Assembly: GCA_900547465.1 (NCBI GenBank)
Contig: URHJ01000003.1
Span: forward strand, 980 to 64,979
Source: an uncultured Mycoplasmatota bacterium
GTDB taxonomy: Bacteria > Bacillota_I > Bacilli_A > RF39 > UBA660
Length of the DNA: 64,000 bases
Direction of reading: 5' to 3'
Positions within the stretch are counted from its first letter, which is position 1; each line of letters begins with the position of its first letter. Of the stretch, positions 9,632 through 22,672 are shown piece after piece. A model generated the notes under the pieces. It did no database searches. It was not told the DNA's origin and saw only the letters and a list, made by a program, of their open reading frames with translations. The position numbers and the translations under genes are program-made.

Positions 9632-10249
9632 ATGGAAAAGTTAACAGATCGACAAGAATACATCCTACAAACATTAAAAAAGTTAATAGCTAAAAATGGT
9701 TATCCACCTACTGTAAGAGAAATAGGACAAGAAGCTAATCTTCATTCTCCAGCAACTATTCATTTTCATTTAAAGAAACTAGAAGAAAAAGGATATTTAA
9801 AGAAAGTGTCAGGAACAAATAGAACAATAGAACTTCTTGTACCAAACGAATATTTGGAAAAAGAAGATGATGTGGTTGATGTTCCTTTATTAGGAAAAGT
9901 TACTGCAGGTACTCCAATAGAAGCTATTGAAACACCAGATGAATACTTCTCTTTACCAGCTAATCTAATTAGTAATAAAAAGGAAGTATTTACTTTGAAA
10001 GTCAGTGGTGAATCTATGATTAATGTTGGAATTTATGATGGAGATATTTTAATTGTAGAAAAACAATCTACTGCTAAAAATGGTGATACAGTAGTCGCTA
10101 TGAACAAAGATAATGAAGCTACTGTTAAAACGTTCTATAAAGAAAATGGATATTTTAGATTACAACCAGAAAATGATACAATGGATCCAATTATATTAGA
10201 TGAGGTTACTATTTTAGGTAAAGCTATTGGTTTATATAGAAAATTTTAA
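9632..10249 (+). CDS. lexA: LexA repressor
   Basis: N-terminal wHTH (LTDRQEYILQTLKKLIAKNGYPPTVREIG). AG cleavage site (VTAGTP). S24 peptidase Ser/Lys (VSGESM...VKTF). Confidence 0.95.
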   Translation: MEKLTDRQEYILQTLKKLIAKNGYPPTVREIGQEANLHSPATIHFHLKKLEEKGYLKKVSGTNRTIELLVPNEYLEKEDDVVDVPLLGKVTAGTPIEAIETPDEYFSLPANLISNKKEVFTLKVSGESMINVGIYDGDILIVEKQSTAKNGDTVVAMNKDNEATVKTFYKENGYFRLQPENDTMDPIILDEVTILGKAIGLYRKF

Positions 10250-10282
10250 AGTCTTTTAGGCTTTTTTTAGTGCAATAAAAAA

Positions 10283-10301
10283 CTACTAACATAGTTAGTA
10301 G
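10283..10301. terminator. Bidirectional terminator between lexA and the convergent small gene
   Basis: CTACTAAC-ATA-GTTAGTAG hairpin flanked by A and T runs. Confidence 0.6.
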
Positions 10302-10317
10302 AAAAACATAAGTTTTA

Positions 10318-10485
10318 TTATTCCATATTTTCTAATTTTAATAACATATTAGAAGCAGTGTCTTTTGCCATTTCTTTTATATCTTCCATATAATCAGGAT
10401 TTTTCTTTTTATACATCATAAAAGCGGCTCCTCCTGCACTCATTAAAGCTCCCATCATAAGCATTCTCTTTGTATTCTTTTTCAT
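10318..10485 (-). CDS. Small (55 aa) hypothetical membrane-associated protein
   Basis: MKKNTKRMLMMGALMSAGGAAFMMYKK... GAGGTGAT SD upstream of the ATG at 10485. It is the last gene of the recD2 transcription unit. Confidence 0.45.
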   Translation of the reverse strand: MKKNTKRMLMMGALMSAGGAAFMMYKKKNPDYMEDIKEMAKDTASNMLLKLENME

Positions 10486-10545
10486 AATTATAATCACCTC
10501 TTTAGAAAATATGTGGTACAAGTGTACCATTTTTATTATCTGTTG

Positions 10546-12747
10546 TTATTCTCCATTTATACCAGAAATTAAAAAATCTTTGATTCCTGTTCTTCTAATA
10601 TCATTTTTATTATTAGCTACCGCAAGTTCTAATGCCTTATATTCTCCAATTAAATAAAGTTTTGTTTTACTTCTGGTGATTCCTGTATATATAAGTTTTC
10701 TATATAACATTTTCTTATAATCTCTAGTAAGTGGAATTACTACAATATCAAATTCACTACCTTGAGACTTATGAATACTAATTGCGTAGGCTAGTTTAAA
10801 TTTATAAAAATTAGCTGGTGTATATTTAACAATATTGTTATCAAAATCTATATAAATTTCTTTGTTAGGTCTTGTGACAATTCTAGTAATGATACCTATA
10901 TCGCCATTATAAACATTATCATCTGGCATATTTGTAAGTTGAATTACTTTGTCACCTTCTCTATAAGTAACTTCACCTACTTTTATTTCTGCTTTTTTTG
11001 CTTCTTTTTTATTAAATATTTTTTGTACATTTTGATTTATCAAGTCTATTCCATTTTGTGTCTTATACATTGGAGCTAATATTTGAAAATTTTTATAAGA
11101 ATAGTCTTTATAAGTAGATGATACATCACAAATGTAATTCATAATCTCAGAACTATCGCATTCAATAAAAGTTAAATCATCACTTTCATTAAATAGATCT
11201 TTACATAATGAATCGTTACGTATATCTGATGATAAAGTTATAATATTAGAATCCGCTCCTTGACGATACAGTTCTTTTAGTTCTATAACTGGTAGGACAT
11301 TGGAGCAAATAAAATCATGTAAAAGTTGTCCTGGGCCAACACTAGGTAATTGATCATAATCGCCAACTAATATTATTTTAGTATTAACACTTAAACCTCT
11401 TAATAAATTGCTGAATAAATAAGTATCTATCATACTAGCTTCATCAACTAAAACAAATTCAACCTTACTTTTATTATACTCATTTACTTGAAAAGTATCA
11501 TTATCTTTATTCCATTTTAAAAAGCGATGAATAGTAGATGCTTTAAGTAAAGTTGTTTCACTCATTCTTTTTGCTGCTCTACCTGTTGGTGCTAGAAGTG
11601 CAACTTTATCTTGAAGTTTTTCATAACTTAGTTTGTTAACATCTTTATAAAGTTCTAATATTGCTTTAATAATTGTGGTCTTTCCTGTTCCAGGTCCACC
11701 AGTAATTATTAAAATGTTCTTGTAAAAAGATTCTTCTATTGCTTTTCTTTGATCTTTATTATAAGTGATTCTAAAGTAATCTTCTAGTTTTGTTATTCTA
11801 GAATCTAGATCTTTGCAAACATTATCTTTAGCGTGATTTAGAATTTGGAAACGTTTTACAATTAATGTTTCAGCTTCATACATTTCCATTACATAGTAGT
11901 TATCTTGGTATTTTTTTATTTTTAAGTTTAATATTAGTTCATTAATTCTTTCTTGAAAAATGTCTTTAGTAATTCTAACACCAAGGACACGTGGCAGATA
12001 CGAATATATCTCATCTAGACTAAAATAACAATGTCCTAAAGTATTAGATAACTCTCTCATTATGTATAAAATAGATGCATCAATTCTTCTTTCATCATCA
12101 GGTTTTATACCGATTTTTTTGGAGATTGAATCAATTTTTTTATATGTCATTTCATAAACATCTTCAATTAACATATAAATATCTTCTTCTACAACTGAGA
12201 TTGTTTTTTCTTTATAGTAATTGTAAACAATCATACTATCTTTAGTTGAAAATCCTAAGTTGTTCAAGTATAGAATCGTTTCATAGCTTGATTCATACTC
12301 CATTAATTTATCATGTAAAGTTTTAGCATTTTTCTCTGTGATAGTTGGAATTAATACTAAATTAGATGGATTTTCTAGAATAATAGAAAATGTATCTTTA
12401 CCTAGAACATCAACAATTCTTTTAGCCTTTGCTTCACCTATTCCTTTAAATAATCCTCCTGATAAAAACTCAACTATTGAGTCTTTTTCTTCTGGCATTA
12501 ATCTATCGTAGTGTTCTACTAAAAACTGTTCTCCATATTTTGGGTGATTCACTAATTTACCATAAAATTTATAAGTATCAACTTCATTTAATTCATGAAA
12601 ATATCCAGTAAAGGTAATAGTACGGTTTATGTATATATCAAGTTCTTCATCGTTTGTTTCAGAAACTTTAAATATACCAATAATATAGCCTGAATCACTA
12701 GTAAATATACTTTTTCTATATTGTCCCTTAATATATACTTCTTCCAT
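10546..12747 (-). CDS. recD2: RecD2-type ATP-dependent DNA helicase (YrrC family)
   Basis: Walker A ITGGPGTGKTT, LLAPTGRAAKR, VLVDEASM, LVGDYDQLPSVGPG, and C-terminal ISIHKSQGSEF. GGAGGC SD before the ATG at 12747. Confidence 0.9.
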   Translation of the reverse strand: MEEVYIKGQYRKSIFTSDSGYIIGIFKVSETNDEELDIYINRTITFTGYFHELNEVDTYKFYGKLVNHPKYGEQFLVEHYDRLMPEEKDSIVEFLSGGLFKGIGEAKAKRIVDVLGKDTFSIILENPSNLVLIPTITEKNAKTLHDKLMEYESSYETILYLNNLGFSTKDSMIVYNYYKEKTISVVEEDIYMLIEDVYEMTYKKIDSISKKIGIKPDDERRIDASILYIMRELSNTLGHCYFSLDEIYSYLPRVLGVRITKDIFQERINELILNLKIKKYQDNYYVMEMYEAETLIVKRFQILNHAKDNVCKDLDSRITKLEDYFRITYNKDQRKAIEESFYKNILIITGGPGTGKTTIIKAILELYKDVNKLSYEKLQDKVALLAPTGRAAKRMSETTLLKASTIHRFLKWNKDNDTFQVNEYNKSKVEFVLVDEASMIDTYLFSNLLRGLSVNTKIILVGDYDQLPSVGPGQLLHDFICSNVLPVIELKELYRQGADSNIITLSSDIRNDSLCKDLFNESDDLTFIECDSSEIMNYICDVSSTYKDYSYKNFQILAPMYKTQNGIDLINQNVQKIFNKKEAKKAEIKVGEVTYREGDKVIQLTNMPDDNVYNGDIGIITRIVTRPNKEIYIDFDNNIVKYTPANFYKFKLAYAISIHKSQGSEFDIVVIPLTRDYKKMLYRKLIYTGITRSKTKLYLIGEYKALELAVANNKNDIRRTGIKDFLISGINGE

Positions 12748-12755
12748 ACTGCCTC

Positions 12756-14030
12756 CTATTTTATTTTGCCAATACAATATGGATATGAGATATCAGTAAT
12801 TAAGACATCATAAAACTTATTATGTTCTAATTTACCTTCTATCTTAACATTTAGGAAATTTCCTGTATGTCCATAACTGTAACCATCTTTATATTGTTCT
12901 ATTAAAACACTTTCACTTTTTCCAATGAATTTAGAAAAATAATTGTTCTCTAATTCTTTAGAAACCTCAAGTAGTTTTCTAGATCTTTTCTTTTTTTCTT
13001 CATTTGATAAATGATTTGGTAATTCTTCTGCTTTTGTACCATTTCTTAAAGAGAAAGGAAAAACATGTATTTTGGCAAAACCAATTTTCTTACAAGTTTC
13101 TATTGTTTTTTCAAACAATTTTTCATCTTCACCTGGGAAACCTACAATTACATCTGTTGTTATAGAAATCATAGGTCTAATTTTTCTTATCTGTTCTATC
13201 TTTTTAAAGTAATAATCTAAATCATATTTCCTATTCATAAGTTTTAGTATTTCATCACTACCTGCTTGCATAGGGATATGTAGGTGATCTACAATTACAT
13301 CATTGTCTTTAATAATAGAAAGCACTCTGTCATTTAATTCTGTTATTTCAATAGAAGAAATACGTAGTCTTTTTAACCCTTCGATTTTTACTACTTCACT
13401 AAGTAAATCGGCAAAGTCATAATCTTTGTCATAACCATAGTTTCCTGTATGAATACCTGTTAAGACAACTTCTTGATACCCGTTTGATACTAAGTCATTA
13501 ATTTCAGATATAACTTTATCTTTATCTTTACTACGACACTTACCACGTACGAAAGGAATGATGCAGTAACTACAAAAGTTGTCACAGCCATCTTGTATTT
13601 TTACAAAAGCACGCGTTCTTCCTGGAAATTCTTTAATATACATGTCTTCAAACTCTGTAAATCTATTAGAATATAGATCCTTGATTATATTTTTCTTTTC
13701 AAAGTATTGATGAATTAACTCTACTATTTTAGATTTATCTTTATTACCAATAACAATGTCAAGTCCTGGTATTTGATAATTTTTATTAGCTTCAATAAAA
13801 CAGCCCATTGCGACTACACAAGCATCGGGATTATTTCTAATAGCTTGTCTTATCATCTTACGTGACTTGATATCTGAAGTGTTGGTAACTGTACATGTAT
13901 TAATAATATAAACATCACAAACATCATGAAAGTCACATATTTCAAAACCATTGCTTTTTAATAAATTGGCAACAAACTCACTTTCATACATATTAACTTT
14001 ACAACCTAATGTTAAAATTCCTACTTTCAT
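12756..14030 (-). CDS. mtaB: Radical-SAM methylthiotransferase, MtaB (YqeV) type
   Basis: N-terminal MTTase domain (TLGCKVNMYESE). Radical SAM CxxxCxxC (CDNFCSYC). C-terminal TRAM-like region. Confidence 0.85.
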   Translation of the reverse strand: MKVGILTLGCKVNMYESEFVANLLKSNGFEICDFHDVCDVYIINTCTVTNTSDIKSRKMIRQAIRNNPDACVVAMGCFIEANKNYQIPGLDIVIGNKDKSKIVELIHQYFEKKNIIKDLYSNRFTEFEDMYIKEFPGRTRAFVKIQDGCDNFCSYCIIPFVRGKCRSKDKDKVISEINDLVSNGYQEVVLTGIHTGNYGYDKDYDFADLLSEVVKIEGLKRLRISSIEITELNDRVLSIIKDNDVIVDHLHIPMQAGSDEILKLMNRKYDLDYYFKKIEQIRKIRPMISITTDVIVGFPGEDEKLFEKTIETCKKIGFAKIHVFPFSLRNGTKAEELPNHLSNEEKKKRSRKLLEVSKELENNYFSKFIGKSESVLIEQYKDGYSYGHTGNFLNVKIEGKLEHNKFYDVLITDISYPYCIGKIK

Positions 14031-14152
14031 ACTACTTCCTCATTTCTAGCTAACATTATATCATTTTAAGCTTGAAGTGTAAATCAAACATTTATAAATA
14101 TATATACTTATCTTTTAGTTTATTATTAGTTTTTTTCTATAAAATACATAAA

Positions 14153-14179
14153 AACAAATAAGATTTTTTCTTATTTGTT
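14153..14179 (-). terminator. Terminator downstream of dnaJ
   Basis: Perfect 11-bp stem AACAAATAAGA / TCTTATTTGTT with a T-run on the minus strand. Confidence 0.75.
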
Positions 14180-14199
14180 AATATTTCTTATTATAAATT

Positions 14200-15342
14200 T
14201 TATTTATCTTCGTTTTTTTCAGTGAATTTATCAAATTTGATAATGGTAGAGTCCTCTAAATTAGTTTTATTTAAAGATTCTATCAATTTCTTTTGTTCAC
14301 GAGATAATTTCTTTGGTGTTATTACTTTTAAGATGATATACATATTACCTTTTGTTCTATGGTATTTATTATCAATTCCTTTACCTCTTATTCTTTGCTT
14401 ATCGCCTGAATCACTACCAGCTGGAATTGTTAATTTAACGTTACCATAAAGAGTTGGAATTGTTTTTTTACAACCTAGGATTGCTTCTGTTATAGTTATT
14501 GGAACTTCTAGGTAAATATCATCACCGTCTCTTACAAAGTATTCATGTGAAGACACTACAAATTCTAAATATAAATCTCCATTTGGTCCCCCATTTGAAC
14601 CTGGATTACCTTTTCCAGATACTCTTAGACGGTCTCCATTATCAATACCGGCAGGAATATTTACAGTAATAGTTTTGTTCTTTTTTATTTTTCCTTTACC
14701 GTGACAAGTACTACATTTTTTATCATATGTTTTTCCTGTTCCATTACAATATGAACAAGTTGTTTTAGAAACAAATGATCCTAAGATTGTATGTTGTTCA
14801 GTTGTTACAGTACCACTACCGTGACAATGATCACAAGTATGTTCTCCATGTCCACCACGGCCATCACAATCATCACAATCTTCTACAACATCAAGATTAA
14901 TATCACGACTTGAACCAAATACAGCTTCTTCAAAACTGATTTCAAAATGCATCAATAAATCTGAACCACGAACTGCTCTGTTTCGTCCAGCTGTTGATCC
15001 ACCAAATCCAGAGAATCCTCCACCAAAGATGTTATCAAATATATCACCAAAGTCAAAGTCACCGGCATCGAATCCTGCTCCACCAAATCCAGAAAAACCA
15101 GATCCAGCAGCACCAGATACTCCAGCATGACCATATTGATCATACATTTTGCGTTTTTGTTCATCGGATAGTACTTCATATGCTTCTTGTACTTCTTTAA
15201 ATTTTTCTTCTGCATTTGGATTATCTTTATTTAAATCTGGATGGTATTTTTTTGCTAACTTCCTAAAAGCACTTTTTATCTCTTGAGCTGTTGCACTTTT
15301 AGAGACACCTAATACTTCATAATAGTCTCTTTTGTCAGCCAT
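14200..15342 (-). CDS. dnaJ: Chaperone DnaJ
   Basis: J domain (DYYEVLGV...HPD), a G/F-rich linker, and four CxxCxGxG zinc motifs. Confidence 0.97.
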   Translation of the reverse strand: MADKRDYYEVLGVSKSATAQEIKSAFRKLAKKYHPDLNKDNPNAEEKFKEVQEAYEVLSDEQKRKMYDQYGHAGVSGAAGSGFSGFGGAGFDAGDFDFGDIFDNIFGGGFSGFGGSTAGRNRAVRGSDLLMHFEISFEEAVFGSSRDINLDVVEDCDDCDGRGGHGEHTCDHCHGSGTVTTEQHTILGSFVSKTTCSYCNGTGKTYDKKCSTCHGKGKIKKNKTITVNIPAGIDNGDRLRVSGKGNPGSNGGPNGDLYLEFVVSSHEYFVRDGDDIYLEVPITITEAILGCKKTIPTLYGNVKLTIPAGSDSGDKQRIRGKGIDNKYHRTKGNMYIILKVITPKKLSREQKKLIESLNKTNLEDSTIIKFDKFTEKNEDK

Positions 15343-15347
15343 TTATA

Positions 15348-17153
15348 TCACTTCCTTTTTACTTCTTGATATATTTTAGAAAACTCCGTAATATATTCAT
15401 TAAATTTATCCATAGCTTTATCAATAACTTCTTTTTTAGATAAATCTATATCCATTATTTTTAACTCATCTAGTGGATCCATACTTCCTCCACTACTTAA
15501 GAATTTTATATATTTATCGACAAAACCAGCTTCATTTATTATCTTATCTGCAATTACAGTAGATGCAGCTAAGCTAGTAGCGTATTTATATACATAAAAT
15601 CCATAGTAGAAATGAGGGATTCTTTCCCACTCATACTTAATTAAATCATCGACTATAACATGATCTTTAAAGTATTTTTTACATAAATTATAATATTTAT
15701 CTTCTAGGAATTCATGTGTTAAAGCTTGATTATTTTCTCTAGCACTATAAACTTCCTTTTCAAATTCTGCAAACATAGTTTGACGTACAATTGTAGCATA
15801 ATATAAACTCATTAAATTATCCAAGATAGCTAGTTTTTCTAAATTATCAGTACTATTTTCTAATAAATAATGATTTAATAATAATTCATTAGTAGTAGAT
15901 GCTACTTCAGCAACAAATATTTTATAATTTGCATATATTCTATCATTATTTAGTTTAGAATAATAAGAATGCATTGAGTGACCTAACTCGTGAGCAAGAG
16001 TTGATACGTCAGTTAATTTATTTTCATAGTTTAGTAAGACATATGGAGCAGTGTCGTATGTACCTGCTGAATAAGCTCCTCCTCTTTTTCCTTTGTTGTT
16101 ATAAACATCTATCCAAGAATTATCAAAAGCTTCATTTAATTTTGATATATAGTCATCACCTAAAATAGATAATGCATTTAAAACTAGTTTCTTTGCATCT
16201 TCATAAGAATATTCTTTGTCATAGTCACTTATTAAAGATGTATAAGTATCATATCTATGTAATTCGTCTAAACCCAATACATTTTTTATTGTACTAAAGT
16301 AGTTATTAATTACATCATCTCTTTCAGATACACTTTTTATTAAATTATCATAAACAGAGATATCAATTTTATCTGGATATAAATATCTTTCAATAGTAGA
16401 TGAATAACCTCTAGCTTTAGTTACTGCTACATCACTATTTATATGACCAGAGTAAATAGATGTGATTGTGTTTTTATATTTAGCATATGTAGAAAATAAG
16501 GTATCAAATGCATCTTTTCTTACTCTTCTATCTTGCGATCTAATAAATGTAGTAAAGTTACTTTCTGTTAACTCTACCAAGTTTCCTTCCTCATCTTTAA
16601 TAGATGGAAATGTCATATCTGTATCTGTTAGGCTTGTATATGATGAGTCTGAAGCAGTTAATGCATTACTCATCAACGATAGCATTTCTTCACCTTTTTG
16701 ATCTAAGACGTGATCTTTAAAACGAAATAATTCATTAAAATACCTTTGATATTTTTTTAGTGATTCCTCATTTAAGTATGATTTAATAACTTCTTCATCT
16801 GTTTTATATAAAAGTGGTAAGAAGAAAGATGTTTTTAAAGAGTAATTATTAGAAACATCATCTATTTCTTGAACCATCTTTTGATAAGTAGCAACAGTTG
16901 TATCTTCGTCATGATGCCTATATGCATATGTAAATAGTTTATTGAAAAGTCGTTCTACTTCATCTTCTAAATTAAGATATGATTCTAATATTTCCTCACT
17001 TTCAAAGACATTAGTCTCATACTTTGAAAACTCTTCAATCTTATCTTTTAATATATCTAAGTCTTTATAAAAATCATCATTAGTTTTGTAAATTTTTGTT
17101 AAATCCCATTTATATTTATCATCAATACTACTTCTTGTACGTTGTTTTTGCAT
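15348..17153 (-). CDS. pepF: Oligoendopeptidase F (M3B)
   Basis: 601 aa. HELGH zinc site with the downstream AEVAST glutamate. Typical PepF N-terminus (KYKWDLTKIY). Confidence 0.9.
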   Translation of the reverse strand: MQKQRTRSSIDDKYKWDLTKIYKTNDDFYKDLDILKDKIEEFSKYETNVFESEEILESYLNLEDEVERLFNKLFTYAYRHHDEDTTVATYQKMVQEIDDVSNNYSLKTSFFLPLLYKTDEEVIKSYLNEESLKKYQRYFNELFRFKDHVLDQKGEEMLSLMSNALTASDSSYTSLTDTDMTFPSIKDEEGNLVELTESNFTTFIRSQDRRVRKDAFDTLFSTYAKYKNTITSIYSGHINSDVAVTKARGYSSTIERYLYPDKIDISVYDNLIKSVSERDDVINNYFSTIKNVLGLDELHRYDTYTSLISDYDKEYSYEDAKKLVLNALSILGDDYISKLNEAFDNSWIDVYNNKGKRGGAYSAGTYDTAPYVLLNYENKLTDVSTLAHELGHSMHSYYSKLNNDRIYANYKIFVAEVASTTNELLLNHYLLENSTDNLEKLAILDNLMSLYYATIVRQTMFAEFEKEVYSARENNQALTHEFLEDKYYNLCKKYFKDHVIVDDLIKYEWERIPHFYYGFYVYKYATSLAASTVIADKIINEAGFVDKYIKFLSSGGSMDPLDELKIMDIDLSKKEVIDKAMDKFNEYITEFSKIYQEVKRK

Positions 17154-17189
17154 AATTTCTCCTATCTATATTTATTATTTAACAAAGCA

Positions 17190-17211
17190 AAGTTCTAGAA
17201 TACTAGAACTT
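17190..17211 (-). terminator. Hairpin downstream of dnaK
   Basis: AAGTTCTAG-AATA-CTAGAACTT, a perfect 9-bp stem. The T-run is weak. Confidence 0.5.
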
Positions 17212-17220
17212 TTACTTCTT

Positions 17221-19050
<1,830 letters not shown>

Positions 19051-19064
19051 TTATCTCTCCTTCA

Positions 19065-19649
19065 CTAATCTTTTTTATTTATTTTTACTGAGGCAGGACG
19101 AATAACCCTGTCTTTTAATTTATAACCTTTTAATAAAACTTCTAGGACAACATCGTCATCTTTTTCATTATCACAATCTGTCATTAGAGCTTCTTCTTCC
19201 ATAGAATTAAAAGGTTCTCCAATATTATTTATTTCTTCTACTCCAAATTTCTTTAATGCTTCCCAAAGGGACGTTTTCATCATTTTAAATCCTGTTAAGA
19301 ACTTTTTCATCTCATCAGTTAATTTATCTTCATTCTGAGAAGTAGCTCTTTCAAAATTATCTAATATTGGAATAATTTCAGAAATTAAATCCTGATTACA
19401 ATATTTTTTATAGCTAGCAAACTCATCATCTTTTCTTTTTCTATAGTTAATTAGTTCAGCTTGTGTATACTTTACTTTTTCTTCTAATTCACTAACTTCT
19501 TTTTTTAATTTATCATTTTCTTCTTGTAATTTATTATGTTTATTATGCTTTTTTTCATGTTCCTTGCATTTACATTCTTCTTTGCAACAATCATGTTTTT
19601 CAGCTTTTTGTTCAACTTTTTTTTCTTTTTTCTCTTCTGTTTTTTCCAT
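19065..19649 (-). CDS. grpE: Nucleotide exchange factor GrpE with a Cys/His/Lys-rich N-terminal extension
   Basis: Coiled coil plus a C-terminal GrpE core (YRKRKDDE...LKGYKLKDRVIRPASV). N-terminal KHDCCKEECKCKEHEKKHNKHNK. Confidence 0.9.
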   Translation of the reverse strand: MEKTEEKKEKKVEQKAEKHDCCKEECKCKEHEKKHNKHNKLQEENDKLKKEVSELEEKVKYTQAELINYRKRKDDEFASYKKYCNQDLISEIIPILDNFERATSQNEDKLTDEMKKFLTGFKMMKTSLWEALKKFGVEEINNIGEPFNSMEEEALMTDCDNEKDDDVVLEVLLKGYKLKDRVIRPASVKINKKD

Positions 19650-19665
19650 ACGCTCTCCTTCACCT

Positions 19666-20661
19666 CTAGTCAGATTTTTCTATGTTTTCTTTTAAGAACT
19701 CTAACATAGAAACAACTCTTTCATAGTCCATTCTTTTAGGACCTACGATTGCTAAAGTGCTCTCTTCATTATTATTATTCTTAAATGTTGTTTTTATTAC
19801 GGTAACATCTTCATCTATATTGCTTTCGCTACCGATGTAGACTTTAATGTTTCTATCTTCATCTTCTTGAATTTCACGTAGTGTTTCTTTATCATCAAGC
19901 TTTTCATAAATATTTTTGATTTTATCAACATTACTAAATTCAGGTTGATTTAAGAATTTTGTTCTTCCAACTATATTGACATCATCAGTAGCAAAATCAC
20001 TGAATACAGTATAAAAAGCATTGTATAGTTGTTCATGTTGAGCTACATATTTACCTATAATTGGTTTAACTTCGTACTCTAGCTTTTGACTTACTTCGTC
20101 AATTGGAGTACCAACTATTAAAGAATTTATTAAACTAACAGTTTTTTGAATCTCATCAAGAGATACATGATTTAATTTAATCTCTTTATGTTCTACATGA
20201 CCTTTATCTGTAACAACAATAACAATCATACTATTTTCATTCATTGGAACAACTTCAATCTTTTTTAACAGGTTATCATGTGATCTTGTTCCTAACGAAA
20301 TAGTAGCATAGTTAGTCATATCTGATATAACTTGCAAGCTTTTACTAATACAATCTGCTAAAGGAAGTTGTTGATTACGGAAAATAATTTGTAATTTTAA
20401 CATATCTTCAGCATTCATCTTTTTTAATTCCATTAGGTGATCAACATAGTATCTATAACCAGCTTCACTTGGAATTCTTCCAGATGATGTATGTGTTTTT
20501 TCTAAAAGTCCTGCTTCTTCTAAATCAGACATTTCATTTCTAACCGTTGCACTAGAACATTTTAGCTTTTTACATATACTATTTGAACTAATTGGTTTTG
20601 CTAGTTTTACATAATGTTCAACTATTAACTTTAAAATATTTTCTTGTCTTTTAGTTAACAT
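19666..20661 (-). CDS. hrcA: Heat-inducible transcription repressor HrcA
   Basis: MLTKRQENILKLIVEHYV..., a wHTH, and GYRYYVDHL. Start set at the ATG at 20661, 6 nt downstream of GGAGGG. Confidence 0.9.
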   Translation of the reverse strand: MLTKRQENILKLIVEHYVKLAKPISSNSICKKLKCSSATVRNEMSDLEEAGLLEKTHTSSGRIPSEAGYRYYVDHLMELKKMNAEDMLKLQIIFRNQQLPLADCISKSLQVISDMTNYATISLGTRSHDNLLKKIEVVPMNENSMIVIVVTDKGHVEHKEIKLNHVSLDEIQKTVSLINSLIVGTPIDEVSQKLEYEVKPIIGKYVAQHEQLYNAFYTVFSDFATDDVNIVGRTKFLNQPEFSNVDKIKNIYEKLDDKETLREIQEDEDRNIKVYIGSESNIDEDVTVIKTTFKNNNNEESTLAIVGPKRMDYERVVSMLEFLKENIEKSD

Positions 20662-20672
20662 TATCATCCCTC

Positions 20673-20699
20673 CTAGCACTATATATTTATGAGTGCTAA
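20673..20699 (-). promoter_or_regulatory. CIRCE operator (HrcA binding site), proximal copy
   Basis: CTAGCACT-ATATATTTAT-GAGTGCTAA, versus the consensus TTAGCACTC-N9-GAGTGCTAA. Confidence 0.85.
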
Positions 20700-20718
20700 T
20701 ATAATTGTATGACAAAAG

Positions 20719-20745
20719 TTAGCACTTGTCAATAATATTTGCTAA
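20719..20745 (-). promoter_or_regulatory. Second, degenerate CIRCE-like inverted repeat
   Basis: TTAGCACTT-GTCAATAAT-ATTTGCTAA. The left arm is perfect; the right arm matches 6 of 9. Confidence 0.55.
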
Positions 20746-20850
20746 CTTTTTTCGACATATTTAATTTTTGCTTTTTTAGAAAATTTTAATTCACTAGTTT
20801 TCTTTATAAACTCACTTGTTATTAAAGGTATATAAAGAAAAAAAGAAGAA

Positions 20851-21057
20851 TTAAGCTTCTTCTTTTGCAATAACAGTTTGTTTTTTGTAACTACCACATT
20901 TTTTACAAACTCTATGAGGTTTAATCATTTCTCCACAAGTAGGGCATTTTGTCATACCAGGAGCAGTCATAGCTTTATGAGCTTGTCTTGTTCTTTTTCT
21001 AGTTTTTGAAACTTTACGAAATGGTACAGCAAACATTTGAATATCTAACTTCATCAT
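20851..21057 (-). CDS. rpmF: 50S ribosomal protein bL32 (zinc-ribbon form)
   Basis: AVPFRKVSKTRKRTR and CPTCGE...CKKCG. Start uncertain: ATG at 21057/21054 has a GGAGTGAT SD, whereas the canonical MFAVPFRK ATG at 21036 has none. Confidence 0.85.
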   Translation of the reverse strand: MMKLDIQMFAVPFRKVSKTRKRTRQAHKAMTAPGMTKCPTCGEMIKPHRVCKKCGSYKKQTVIAKEEA

Positions 21058-21061
21058 AATA

Positions 21062-21517
21062 TCACTCCTTTTTATCAAAATTTTTTAATAAATCATGAAA
21101 AGGATTATTTTCTAAGGAAACCTCATCCTCACTCATTAATTTCCATCCATCCCCATGAAATTCACTGAGATTCGTAACCTTAGTAAACTTTAAGGGAACC
21201 TCTAGTACAATATTTTCCCACAAAAACTCGAATAAATCAAGTCTATTTTCATCATTTATCAAGTTTTCTTCAATATAATCATCATATTGGAATGAAAATG
21301 GATACTCTACTTCATCAAGTGAAACATCATCTAAAATTATCATAGTACCTGATGCTTCAATTTCTGCATATAATTTTTCTTCAACATTATAGTAGATTTT
21401 CCCTTCAACTTTTATATTATCTAATTTTCTTACTTTGGTATTAGAAAAATAAGTATTAGGAATATTAAATGTATCATTAATAACATATGAATCTTTTAAA
21501 TTAAAATCTATATACAT
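21062..21517 (-). CDS. yceD: YceD/DUF177 family protein (conserved rpmF partner)
   Basis: Acidic protein of about 150 aa immediately upstream of rpmF, with the rpmF SD inside its 3-prime end. This is the canonical yceD-rpmF arrangement. Confidence 0.7.
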   Translation of the reverse strand: MYIDFNLKDSYVINDTFNIPNTYFSNTKVRKLDNIKVEGKIYYNVEEKLYAEIEASGTMIILDDVSLDEVEYPFSFQYDDYIEENLINDENRLDLFEFLWENIVLEVPLKFTKVTNLSEFHGDGWKLMSEDEVSLENNPFHDLLKNFDKKE

Positions 21518-21520
21518 ATA

Positions 21521-22657
<1,137 letters not shown>

Positions 22658-22672
22658 TCAATATTATTAAAA

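Noticed and set aside
21031-21039. AAACATTTG, the core of the putative LexA-like motif, inside rpmF
   Set aside because: It lies within a ribosomal protein coding sequence and has no palindromic partner. I kept it as evidence that the motif can occur by chance, which lowers confidence in the ruvA operator call.
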